Made by a program: the position numbers and the translations under genes
Source: Bigelowiella natans CCMP2755
Taxonomy: Eukaryota; Protista; Cercozoa
Assembly: GCA_000320545.1 (NCBI GenBank)
Contig: ADNK01000824.1
Location: 1 to 64,000 of the forward strand
DNA length: 64,000 nucleotides
Direction of reading: 5' to 3'
Shown: piece by piece, positions 52,884-64,000 of the stretch
How the letters are laid out: every line of letters starts with the position of its first letter
Numbering within the stretch: the stretch's first letter is position 1
Notes under the pieces: model-generated
The model's input: the letters and a program-made list of their open reading frames with translations, nothing else
Database searches by the model: none
What the model was told of the DNA's origin: nothing

Positions 52884-55800
52884 ATGGAATTGACGAAGCA
52901 ACCTTATTTTGTCCAAGTACATCTTATAGAGGCTAGGGGCGTCGCCGGACTGTAATTTCAAAGACTCACCAAAAGAAAAAGATTTAGTTGTCTGATTGAT
53001 TCTCCTAAATAATTAGGGACAGCAACCATACTTCTGATGTCCATTGTGAAGTCGCAATTGGCCCCACATCTGGGATGAAAAGAGTACTAAATGGCAATTT
53101 TTCAATTCTTATCTTTGTTAACCCTATTCCCTAATAGTAATGAATTCCAATGTTTACAGACCACCTTCACAAAGTATGAGACAGTCGACATGGTCACGCA
53201 TCTATGAAACTTTATTGGAGCTTTGCTAATATCAATCTAATTTGTCCCCGAATAGGTTTTTAACGAGACTTACGTCTTTGAAGGTTTATATAATTATCAA
53301 TTAATTCTGAAATGAAGGTGAAATCGGAAATTCTGAAATCAGGAGTAATGCTAACGGATGATGAATGGAAAAGGGAGAAAGTTGGTACGTCATATTGTTT
53401 TTAAATCTTCTAGAATTCTTATACTAAATTGCTTACCTGCTTAGCATTTACCCTATACAATCGGAATTCTTTCGTGCCAAATAAAAGTATTGGAGAAATA
53501 GAGTTTTCTCTCAGCAACGTCTATCGCCAGAAGAACCATGAATACTTTCGAAAGTCTGTTGCTTCTTTATAATGTTACTGTCCATCTTCTCACTCGTTAA
53601 AATTACCATTCAGATGGGTACCTGTCACCCTCCCCGAGTCGCCAGGAAAGGAGAATGGCTTTTTACGTATCAGTGTTCATGTTCTCAAACGAGGCGATCC
53701 AGCTCCAGCGAGGAATAAGCTGGAACTCTTGCAATCGGTGTGTCCCCACCGCCAAATTATGCATGATATCATTAAGATTAAAATATGCAACAGGAAGCTG
53801 TAGAAAATTCGGAAAAGTTGGGATTTTCAGATCCGAAAGTGGAGCAGAAGGTATTGCAAATCCCAAATCATCAAAAAAACATACGCAAATAATATTTGGT
53901 TAGGTTTTCTTATTGAACTGTTTAATCTACCGTGGTGAAGACATAAAGGCAACCCATAGCAAAAGTCTAAATCCATTCGTCAGCATACGGTGTGTTGTAA
54001 CGTTGACACCAATTGCAATTTAATGTGAAGTTTGTTCAACAGTTTTAATGGTAACACGTGTCAGACAGCTCGAATGGCCTCCTTGGTAACGTTATGAATT
54101 GTGATTTTAGTGAACGCGTATTTTGATTCATCCAAAAATGTTACAAATCAAGTCTGCACCATTGTGGAATCGAAAGATTGAGATGCCATACCACCTGCCC
54201 CTGACAAGTGACGCAATAGAGGTTATGTTGTTTTTCTTTTGATGTGTAAAATATCTTTCATAAACGTGTATTCTCTACAGATTCAAGTCTGGAATCACAA
54301 CAGAATCACTCCTGACACGTTGATTGGATCAAAAACTATCAGTTACTACGAAGAAGGCCTTACTCATCGCCCCTGGGGGCCGAGGTAGCCTTAATTTTGA
54401 TTCAGCGATCCTTCTTGTTTGTTGATTCTTTTAAATCAGATGGATCAATCTTTATTCTTCCTACTATAAATCTCCATCTACAACATTATATGGATCTCTT
54501 CTAGATGTTCGTTTAACATCCAGATATAAATTAATCAATCTGAAGTCTCATTTTCTAAAATATTCTCACCTATTTATACAAAAGGTGATCTCCGGAGGCG
54601 AGCATATCGGCCAGGTATTAATTGAATTTTCCTGAAGAATATCAGCATTGAGAAGCACTACGACTAGGATGAATATGTGGGACGATTGCTGGTTCGTCTG
54701 AGCACAAAGTACAATAATTCATATTTTTAAAATTTAATTACTTAAAAAAAATTAATGAATGACAGATCTGTCCAGTCATTTCTAAATCCACGCCTGCGTT
54801 CAATTCCTACAGCCCCAGGTAGTGAATACCAATTTGTACTTCAAGGTTGAATATCCATGTCAATATCCATGTCATGCAGCATAAATCTTATTTAGCAAGA
54901 AAGTTCGAATTAGATTTGGAAAACATGATCTTTTACATTGCTTAGCCGCAGAGCCTGAAGGAGAAATGTACTCGTTGGACGTCGCTGTCCTCTCTGCTAC
55001 AGAGGTACAATCATCTGCCCCAAATTTCAATATTTGATTTATGTTTCTAAATTTTAGATCCCTGTAACTGGAGGAAAACTCTTTGTTGAAGTAAGACCAA
55101 ATAGCTTTGAAAGAAAATATTCTGTTTCAATCAACTGATAATCAGGTGACATTTGGTCCAAAACGTGAGTCCTCCGATTATATTCTCGGAATGGATGGCA
55201 CATTTCATTGGAATCAAGTTTAGTTCTGTTTCAAAATTTGTGTATTGTCTCTTTTCGAGCATACATCTTGTCGTTAGGTTCTGAAGTCAATAGAGTTCTT
55301 TGGAACGGAGCAAATAGATCAGGTGAAGACAAATATTTATCCATAATCTATTCGAAACCATAATTTTCACATTGGAGCCAGCTTCCGGATATCATTATTA
55401 ATGTATATCATGGAAAAGCCCGACGAAAGGTCAAGATAAGAAAACGTCCTTTATAGCCAATTTTTTGAAATGATGCGGAACCTGATGCAGATTGCGTTTG
55501 AGCGTATCCCAGCCGCAAACCTTCTGGATTCAACTTCTCAAAGACTTTATATGGTCAATGGGTGAGTGTATCACTCAGGGAGATATTCACAATTTAATCT
55601 TCCTTCGTATGACTGAAGGGAGCCGCTGCCAGATCAGGGTGAAACCTGGAAACCTCAGTGGAGATCCCTAAAAAACGTTAGGTAGCCACGAGTGTCAACC
55701 CATGATTCAATCCCATTTGTTTTATCACAATCGTTTCCTCTCGTTCCCACTACCTTCCTCCTCTCTCTCCCTAATCGTTTACTCTCCTAGATATGAAGAA

Positions 55801-58800
55801 TCCAAAAGTCATATCGTTGCTGGTAAATATGTGCAGAAAATTGTATAGATGTTGCAATCTGATTTATTGTATTAATTATCAAAAAGGGTTTCTTTTGTGC
55901 TGGATTGGTTTTGGTATTAAAGATCATCGTCCATCAGAAGATAAAGTATGCATGATTTCAGTTGCCATCATGCCAAGATGCTAATTGATTTCGTTAATTA
56001 GATGAAGCACAAGATTACTCTGCCACGACTTCAGAAATACACTCTAAGATTCTATCTGCACAATGGAACCAAGTTGAGATCATATTACCGCACACGAATT
56101 GCAAGAGAATACATTTTATACCAGAACTGAGATACCATTTGTGTTGCTGGTCAGCATACCGGCGGGAAGTCAAAGTGGACAATCTAATCCTTTTGTTGTG
56201 ATTCGATTTGCGGGTCGAACACGTGTATCGAAGGTTAAGAGGGCGACAAGGTTTCTAAAAATTGAATTGCTGAAACTTAATATTGTTTGATAGTCATGAT
56301 ATGTCAACAGGTATCCGGTTTTTTATCAACTTCTGGAAATCACGGGGGTTCAATTTGAACCAGTACTTGACCGATAACTGTCTGAAAAATGTTATGAATG
56401 TGTGTTCATTTATTCCTGTGCATAATATAGTCATTTGCTCCTTCTTTACAAGTACTAGTGTATCATGAGACAGGATCAAGGTAGTATAATTTCAAACTCT
56501 GTTATTGGTCACAAATGATCAATCATTTGTTTTTAGTTTTGCCCCGCACAGACTCCTCGGAAGATGCGATATAAAGTGAGAACCAATATAAATGTTAAAT
56601 TGTCCAATAGAAAAAGGAATTAGGAATAAACAAACCATTACAAATTACACTATATTATAAGGTGCGATAATTTAATCTCGGGAGCCAAGCGAAATATCTT
56701 TGAAAAAATATTTACAAACCGCGGAAGGCTGCCTTCAATTATGAGGTAAGAGGACAGAAGAGATTATCTAGACTCAGTGGACTGAACTTTCTTTGATTAA
56801 TTGTTTTTAGATATCCAATTAAATTATCGACGGAAAATTCTCTGCACATATTTGACTATGTACAAATTCACAACTTAGCCCTGTTAAACTCTAAAATAAA
56901 AAATATGGTTGTAGGATGAGATGTCTCTTACAGCCCAGGTGGAACTGTTTGAGGAAGAGTTGAAGGGGTCGGTCCCGGTACATCTATTCAAATAGAATAT
57001 TCTTTCTGTAGAATAATTAATTTTTATGTCGTGTAGGGATTATTAGCAGGATGGGGAGATTCAAAGCAGGGCCTCATAAAGCACATTGGAGCTCTAAACG
57101 TTACTTCCTTTGTAGTGAGAATGGTAAATTGCTGTGAGTTTTATTCCTGGCACACCACGAACAAATTGCATTTCGTGTATAGGACCTCGTCGGAGTATTT
57201 GAGATTGATAGATCCTTATCAAAACCTGCTTTGAGGTAAATTCTGTACTTTTTCTCATCCAAATTATCACCAAAGCGCGAAGTACCTCGTTTGTGAACAA
57301 CACAATTAGATTCTCAGTTAGAGGCTATCAAAAGATGTAGAAGCTAATTACAATTGTCAATATCAAATAGGATGCGATTTGGGGAGGATTTCGTTCCTAA
57401 AGATAGCACCACAAAGCCAGAAAATTCCTTCACAGTACAAAATCTATTTCTAATCTGCGTTGATTTTTGCTATTTCAAATTCTTGTATTTTATGACAAAC
57501 GTGATCAGCATGCCCTGACCATCGATAAAACGGGAAATGCTAAGGTATCATCAATGTTAATTGTATCTAATGTGTAAAGATCAAATTTGTTTCAGGTTAT
57601 GTTAGATTTCCAATTTAACAACGTGTGTGCTCCACGCTGTGATCTCCACGCTGTAGCACTTCATTTAGAACTACTGTATTCTAAAACATATCCCAGATCG
57701 TTGTCTACATATCCATAACGTCATAATATTTCTAGATCTGCGGGACAATGTATAGCATCATGTGCTCTTCCGCTAGCTGAAATAATAGGTAATTTTATTT
57801 TGAGTAGGTTTTATAGAAATACACAACTCTCCCTGTATCAGGTGGTCAAGTGATGAGACCAAGATTGTATCCATACAAAGAAAGTTAGTTCAGTTCTATC
57901 ACGTGAAATTCGTTATATGAGTATTGCGTATTCTCAGCTATAAGTCCCGATGAGGTTCTAGAGGAAATAGAGGAGGCGGAAATGCAGGTGTCGATGCAAC
58001 AGATTAATAAAGGTTTTTTATATCTAAATTAAGAATTAACTGCTTCAATAGAAACAGCGAGAAATGGAATTTGAGTATCGAAGACAATCTGCAAGGGTGA
58101 GGGATGTTAATCAAAATGATAAAAAGACCAACTTATGACTTATGTTCTGATTTTTAGGAGAAAATTGTTGGCGAAGACGTTGCTGCTGGATTCAGTGAGT
58201 TATTGACGAATGTTGACAAGAGAGTCAAATAGAAACGCAGACACAAAACAACATTCGTTTTCCGTAAAATTAAGGTACGCTCTCCGATAACGACCTCGAG
58301 CTAGGGTGAGTTCAACATGTACTAGATCTAGCTTTAATGTATTCACTTTAATTTTTCTCAGAGAAAAAATATCTCTTGAGGAGAATTTCATCTCAGGGAA
58401 TTTACGCATTAGCGCTGTAAGTGTGTTTAAAGAAAAATATTTCTATTTTTTTCAACATTCTAATTTATAAAAGACTTATGGGATCTCCGGCTTAAATCTC
58501 GTGCAAGAAGTCAGTCAGATTTCGGTAAAGCTGATGTGTAAATATATATCTTACACCATGTTTTATTCACAGAATGCAGATGAATCCCCAGACACAAAGC
58601 ACAATTTCGACTACACTGACGTCCCTAAAGGTTCACAACAGGAGCAAGTATCATCAGTGGACGACAACTCGGAATACTTCTATGTCCTTCAGCTGTACAG
58701 TGGAAGGTGGATTTTAGATGTCTTTCTTGGTCTCATAGACATGAATATTGAACATTTTGGCTAGATCTGTTGGGCATAGTAGAGATGTGATGAAGAAAAA

Positions 58801-61464
58801 GATTAGCAGAAATTGGGACAAAAAAAGTGCTTCTCATCCTCAGGTGGATATGAATGAAAATATATCACAAAGGTTGGCAATGATCAATTGTTCGCTGAAA
58901 ATTATTTTGTGGAATTTCAGGAAAAATCTGGGGTAGTGAAATGCTTTCTACGAGCGGCTCCAAACGCAAAAGAAATCGATGAAGCCCGAGGAACTCGAGA
59001 AGATTCTCTTAATGTATGTCAATCTCAAAAGTTATTGACCCATTAAAACTGAATAAATTGCATTACAGAGTATGAAGAGAACTCTAGAAAGTTTTGAGAA
59101 GGTATCCTGAATACCAATGATTGTGACTGACTTACGCCTGACAACATTTTCTGGTGATCGAATATCCGCAAGGTATATCGAACGCAATATATTATCCGCG
59201 TCTACGTGTATCGGGCCGTCCACATTGCTCCGAGCAAAACCTTACTCAACGATCCGGGAGATGCATCATGGGGATGCAACCGTAATATCTTGAATTTTTC
59301 GTTGATCTAAATCATACTTACTTTGCGTCAAATTTGATGTGGATGTAGCATACTTAAATATTTGTAATGGGAGCGAACCTGAGCACAGCTTTTCATCACG
59401 AGAACAGATAAAGGAGCGTTGTCTTGATCTAAATCCAGAATTCTACCAGGCATGTGGAATTGTTGTGAAATTCATATGCAAAGAGCGAGTATACTTAATA
59501 TCTGACTAGGTGGTGGAACTTCCAGCGAAATTTCCAATGAATAGTCGATTGAAAATACAGCTATTTGATAAACCATTCGACACAACGGAGCGAATTGGCT
59601 TGCTTGATCGGTAGGATAGAAGAATGACCATTGTCAAATGTAAACTTTGATATGGTTTTGATATTACCAGATTCGTTGGAGAATGTACTGTGAACACTGA
59701 ACTTAGAGCTCTTAAGGGTTTTGCAAAGGTGGTCATTAAATGGTTGGGTATTGTTTAATGTGAAAAACGCTGAAAATCCATAGGGACACCAGGAATGGTA
59801 CACGTTATTTCACCCAGAATATGCAACCTCAAGGGGTATACACAACTCAATGATCATGTTATGAACAATTTAATTATATATTGATGATTCCAGGGAAAAT
59901 CCTTCTCCGCACAGACGTCCTCACTGAAGATGAAGCTCGTATTTTTAAGGTTGGAAAGTGAATCGAATTCATTCATTTGTAGAATCTTAGCATATATCCG
60001 TTCCCCTTAGGCAGAGGAGCTTTCAGGACCTCAATATACCGACTATGAATTTCGCCTGGTATGTTTTATGGATGATGTTATGACAGGGTGCATTACATAT
60101 ATGTGTGTGTGTGCTTAAAAACAAAAAAGGTCCTATGGCAAACGGTAGGAGTGCGTTTTCCTGAGGTAGACCACATGTTTCCCTAATGGTTAAAAAAATT
60201 GTGGTGGCATAAATTATTCCTTTAAAGTATGGATCTTATTCAGGAGAAAGACTTAAATAACGACGTAGATCAGAAATTACGAGTCACGATCAATTTTTCG
60301 GGCGCTCCAGGGAGGTTGCCGTCCGGACTTCCCTCCATTACGAACAGTTGATAAATAATCTATCACTATTGTGCTCAGGGATAGCATCAAAGATACCGAT
60401 GTAGCCTGGTACGCAGCTGGTGGTCGGGTAAATTATGTATTAAATTTGCAGAAGAAAGCTATAGCTCTAGAATTTATGAGATATTCATGCTTTCTTTTGC
60501 AGGCTGAGTGGAACTATCGAATGGTTTTCCCAGTGAAGGTACAACTATCATGAGCTTTATCCTTCGTTATTATATATTTTAGAGAAATGAATATCTGCCA
60601 CTATTAGCTCCCTATGAACCCAGAACATGCACGGGTGAAGTTTTCATTATGGGACGAAAATCTGGTAGGAACCCTTCGAATCCAAAATCTAATTCTATCG
60701 TGTCCACTGAAAAGAAATGGTGTACACAAATCGGTCTGGCGTAGGTGGGATCTGCGGAAAATGTTGGTGAAGCTGTGTTGAATCTTGCTCCATTTTTTGG
60801 AAGGACGCTCCAGGTCTCAAATTATGTTGTAACGTGGCCCACGAGTGCTTATTTCAGTGACATTTGCAGGAAAAGACGAGTCAAACAAAATTAAAACCAC
60901 TTTGGGTTAGGTTTACCCATCCAAATTATCAGGTAGTGTTTAGATGCTACCACAGTTTATAATTTGAACTTCTACAACCATGAAAAACACACTTTAAGAC
61001 ATGTTGGCCACTCTCGGTAGGGAGTCCGACTGGGTCAACTTTATGTTGAAGCTTCAATTGTTACTAAAGTTTTTGCAGAGGAACATCCTGTTGGGTAACG
61101 GGCATTTCTACATGATTCCATACACCCCTTACTTTTCAATTATTTGAACTAGGGAAGCACAAAATGAGCCAAATAGACTTCCATTCCTTCCTAATCCAAA
61201 GCGAAACGCTCCTCCCTGGGTCGGAAAATACACTTGCATTGTACTTGTATTTTAAATATAACTAACTATTTTTCAGGCGCTTGGATCACGAGCTCTAGAA
61301 GCATTTGCAAACTATAGGAATACAATATTTTGCATAGTAACGGTAATGATTTTACGTGAACACACATTTTTGGAGCTGACAATTCCTCTTGTAAGGTTAT
61401 CCTTATTGCGGCCATCTGTATTCCGATAGTTGCAGTTGCCATTTTTGCAACGACACAAACTTAG
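52884..61464 (+). CDS. Ferlin-family multi-C2 tail-anchored membrane protein (no DysF domain seen)
   Basis: MELTKQPYFVQVHLIEARG; VYRQKNHEYFRKWV..GFLRISVHVLKRGDPAP (C2B/FerI); IYRGEDI..NPFVSIRFNG; EYVGRLLV; LPDIIINV; LNPEFYQVVELPAKFP; YEFRLVLWQT; TDVAWY..AEWNYRMVFP; HPVG..QNEPN..PFLPNPKR; C-terminal TM segment. Very many short exons. Confidence 0.9.
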
Positions 61465-61946
61465 CTTGGCATAGCAACGGGCTTAGCTTTTGTGTTAATC
61501 CTTTCTTAAGAGGATCATAGTATGTATGATTTGAGCTTCGACTGCAACTTAGATGGAGAACAAAGCTAGAAATTCAAATGCATCCACTCAATGTCTTTGC
61601 GATAGCAACGTAGATATAAGGAATAGATGCAAACACGTTCGTTTGCGCGCGCGGCACGTCGCGGGCGCAACAACAATGCCAAATTTTCAAGCACAACACG
61701 TGATAGCCGAAACAAAAAACAAAAGCTTAGCGCTGTAGCCACCGCTTTGCATAGCTACACTAGAATGATCGTTGGAAAAATGTGATCGTTTCATTACATT
61801 CGTCTCATGCAAGTTTGTAAGTATGTATGTATTAGATCATACACGTGTGTCTATTATCAGAAAACCAAGTGCACGCTACTGTGCACATGTGTCGCGTTGT
61901 ATCAGTTCAGTAAATATAGCAAAATTGAATCACAAATACCCCACTA

Positions 61947-62746
61947 TCAGGATTCTAAAAGCAGGGCCTTCTCCACTTCTTTCGCCTTCTTTTCGCCGAC
62001 TAGCAGAACCAACAACGCGACCCCAAATTCCAACGTCGTTCCAGGACCCTGGCTTGTCACACACTTCGCATCTTTATCCACAACAACCCGCAACGCACTT
62101 GGTTCATTCTCAATACTGTGGGTAATTTTGGAATGAAGCGCTGGATAACAGGTTGCTTTTTTGGGTAGTAGCCCATTTGTTTCGAGCACGATTGCTGGGC
62201 TTGCACATATTGCTGCGTACCAACGTTTCGCCTCTATCTGCTGCTTCAGGGCTGCTATGAGCTTCTTGCATCCAGCGAATGTTTTAGCGCCTCCAAACCC
62301 GCCCGGAAGAATGATGATGTCGAATTTCGTCTCTTGGAGATCGAGCGACTCCAAATGAGTCTCTGCCACGAACTTCATTCCTCTAGACATCTGACATGTC
62401 AGGCTATCACCACCGCCGCCAACTTTCGCGAGTGTGACTTGAACGTCCCCACGAATCAACGTGTCGAATATGCCACTCGTTTCGATCTCCTCACTACCAT
62501 CGGCTGGAACGATTGGGAAGATTATGCCGGTGCAGAGGTAGAGCACGAATCAAAGTGGAAATAGGTGACAATGACAAACATGTAGATCAGGGCATTTATC
62601 ATCATCATCATCATCATCTCTGCCTTAATGGATAGATTTCATCTCCACGATATTCATCCACAAGAATCGCATGGCGCCCTCATACCTACGCAAACGAGGG
62701 CCGTCTTCTTCTTCATTCCCTTCTCCTCTTCCCTCCCGTCGTCCAT
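61947..62746 (-). CDS. DJ-1: DJ-1/YajL (PfpI superfamily) protein
   Basis: Two exons joined as KKKTALVCV|ADGSEEIET; FDIIILPGGFGGA; YAAICASP (catalytic Cys); KATCYP; VTSQGPGT. Confidence 0.92.
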
Positions 62747-62984
62747 GGCCCGAATCGATATTTTCGGAATTGGCTGACGATTTCAGGGACCGATTTCGTA
62801 GTGCGACAAGGAGTATTCTTTGTCGTCGATGACGTTCTTAACCGGATTTTGGTGGTGCGACAAAGAGCGTTCCTTGTCGTCGAGGTGTGTCGACAACTGT
62901 CCTCCACCACGTCATTTCGCCTCCTCCCCACCAGCCTGGCTCGTAGCTCGCCAGGAGCCAATCGCTACTCAGCCACAGACCACA

Positions 62985-64000
62985 ATGCGCGCAGATAAAA
63001 ACGAGGGCAGCTTTGCTTTGACTGCGGCCCTCATTGTCGTCGCTGTTCTCGTCGTTGCGGTCGTAGTCTGCGAGCACGCACACCCCGTCGAACTTGCGCT
63101 CATCCTCGGAGAAAGAGGGGTGGGGAATTCTCCCTTCCTCCGTCCATTCACGCCATCTTTCCAAACCAAGGCGGGGGATTCGATATGCAACCTAGGATAT
63201 CACCGTAGTTTCTGTGTGTTCAGTCGAGGAGGGGGGCGAGGGAGATGGGTGGACAATGCTATTCTTAGTGCCCCTCCTGACCTTCGTCAAGATGTAAAAA
63301 CGGTGTTAGAGAAAGGAGAAAGGGCGGCAAGAAATTGGGAGCTTACAACGACGCGTTTTCTCAACCCATCGCTGAGGAAAGCTGTTGTTGACATCGTACG
63401 GGATGGGGGAGATGTGCCAGAAGAGCTAGCTGCCCGAGAATGGGGAGGGTATGCGGGGGCAGAGCGTTCCAAGTTAATCCTAGGCAGGAGCGATATGTTA
63501 GAGACAGTTGATCTTAACCCACAACATCTGGTAGAAGAGAATCAATCATCAAAGCCGCCACTATCGGCCAACCTTGAGGAAGAGAGCGTCCATGGCTGCC
63601 ACTACGGAGTTGCGGCATGCCGTATAAAGGGAAACTTCAAATTCGAGCCAACGGACCACCGTTCTATTCTCGGCTCCTTGATGGGGTCTGGAGTAAACCG
63701 TGACGAGTTGGGGGACATTTTGATCCTACCCGACCAAACCGGCGCGCTCGCCTTCACATCGGAACAAATTGCGCCGTACTTGCAAACGGAGATCACGAAA
63801 GTTGGCAGGATTCCGGTCAGTATCGCTACTTTGCCATGGCCTAAAGTGCAAGAGTTGGTCGATGCAGCTGCTCAGTCGAAGCTTAAGGCAGGGAAGGTTG
63901 TCAATGCGGTAGAAGCTTCGCTCCGGTTTGACGCTGTGGCGAGCTCTGCCTTCGGAATCTCTAGGGCGAAAGTTGCGACGATGATACGGAAAGGGACCAT
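62985..64000 (+). CDS. ylmH: Plastid-targeted YlmH/Sll1252 (photosystem II S4-domain RNA-binding) protein, 3'-truncated; absent from the ORF track because it runs off the window
   Basis: Open frame from ATG 62985: MRADKNEGSFALTAALIVVAVLVVAVVVC (signal peptide) plus a transit-like segment, then WELTTTRFLNP, WGGYAGAERSKL, GNFKFEPTDHRSILGSLMGSGVNRDELGDI, VEASLRFDAVASSAFGISRAK. Confidence 0.92.
   Translation, partial: MRADKNEGSFALTAALIVVAVLVVAVVVCEHAHPVELALILGERGVGNSPFLRPFTPSFQTKAGDSICNLGYHRSFCVFSRGGGRGRWVDNAILSAPPDLRQDVKTVLEKGERAARNWELTTTRFLNPSLRKAVVDIVRDGGDVPEELAAREWGGYAGAERSKLILGRSDMLETVDLNPQHLVEENQSSKPPLSANLEEESVHGCHYGVAACRIKGNFKFEPTDHRSILGSLMGSGVNRDELGDILILPDQTGALAFTSEQIAPYLQTEITKVGRIPVSIATLPWPKVQELVDAAAQSKLKAGKVVNAVEASLRFDAVASSAFGISRAKVATMIRKGT

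Overview
Gene-dense, intron-rich eukaryotic nuclear DNA. It most likely comes from an alga with a secondary plastid, probably a chlorarachniophyte: the last gene encodes a plastid S4/YlmH protein behind a signal peptide plus transit peptide. About 17 protein-coding genes were reconstructed by hand from GT-AG exons. Recognisable ones are UTP4 (5'-truncated), CPI1, an Afi1/MesA-type DENN protein, a MyTH4 myosin, an INPP5E-type 5-phosphatase with CaaX, a lebercilin-like coiled-coil protein, MMADHC, a ferlin, DJ-1/YajL and YlmH/Sll1252. There are also several hypothetical proteins, a probable decayed LINE fragment and many microsatellites. The most striking unexplained signal is a set of 0.3-0.8 kb intergenic islands just downstream of gene 3' ends. 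In these, TpA is nearly erased, TG/CA is abundant, and the surviving TpA sits almost only in CTA/TAG (mostly CTAG). This looks like a localised, context-specific A:T->G:C hypermutation process. All counts are manual and exon boundaries are approximate.
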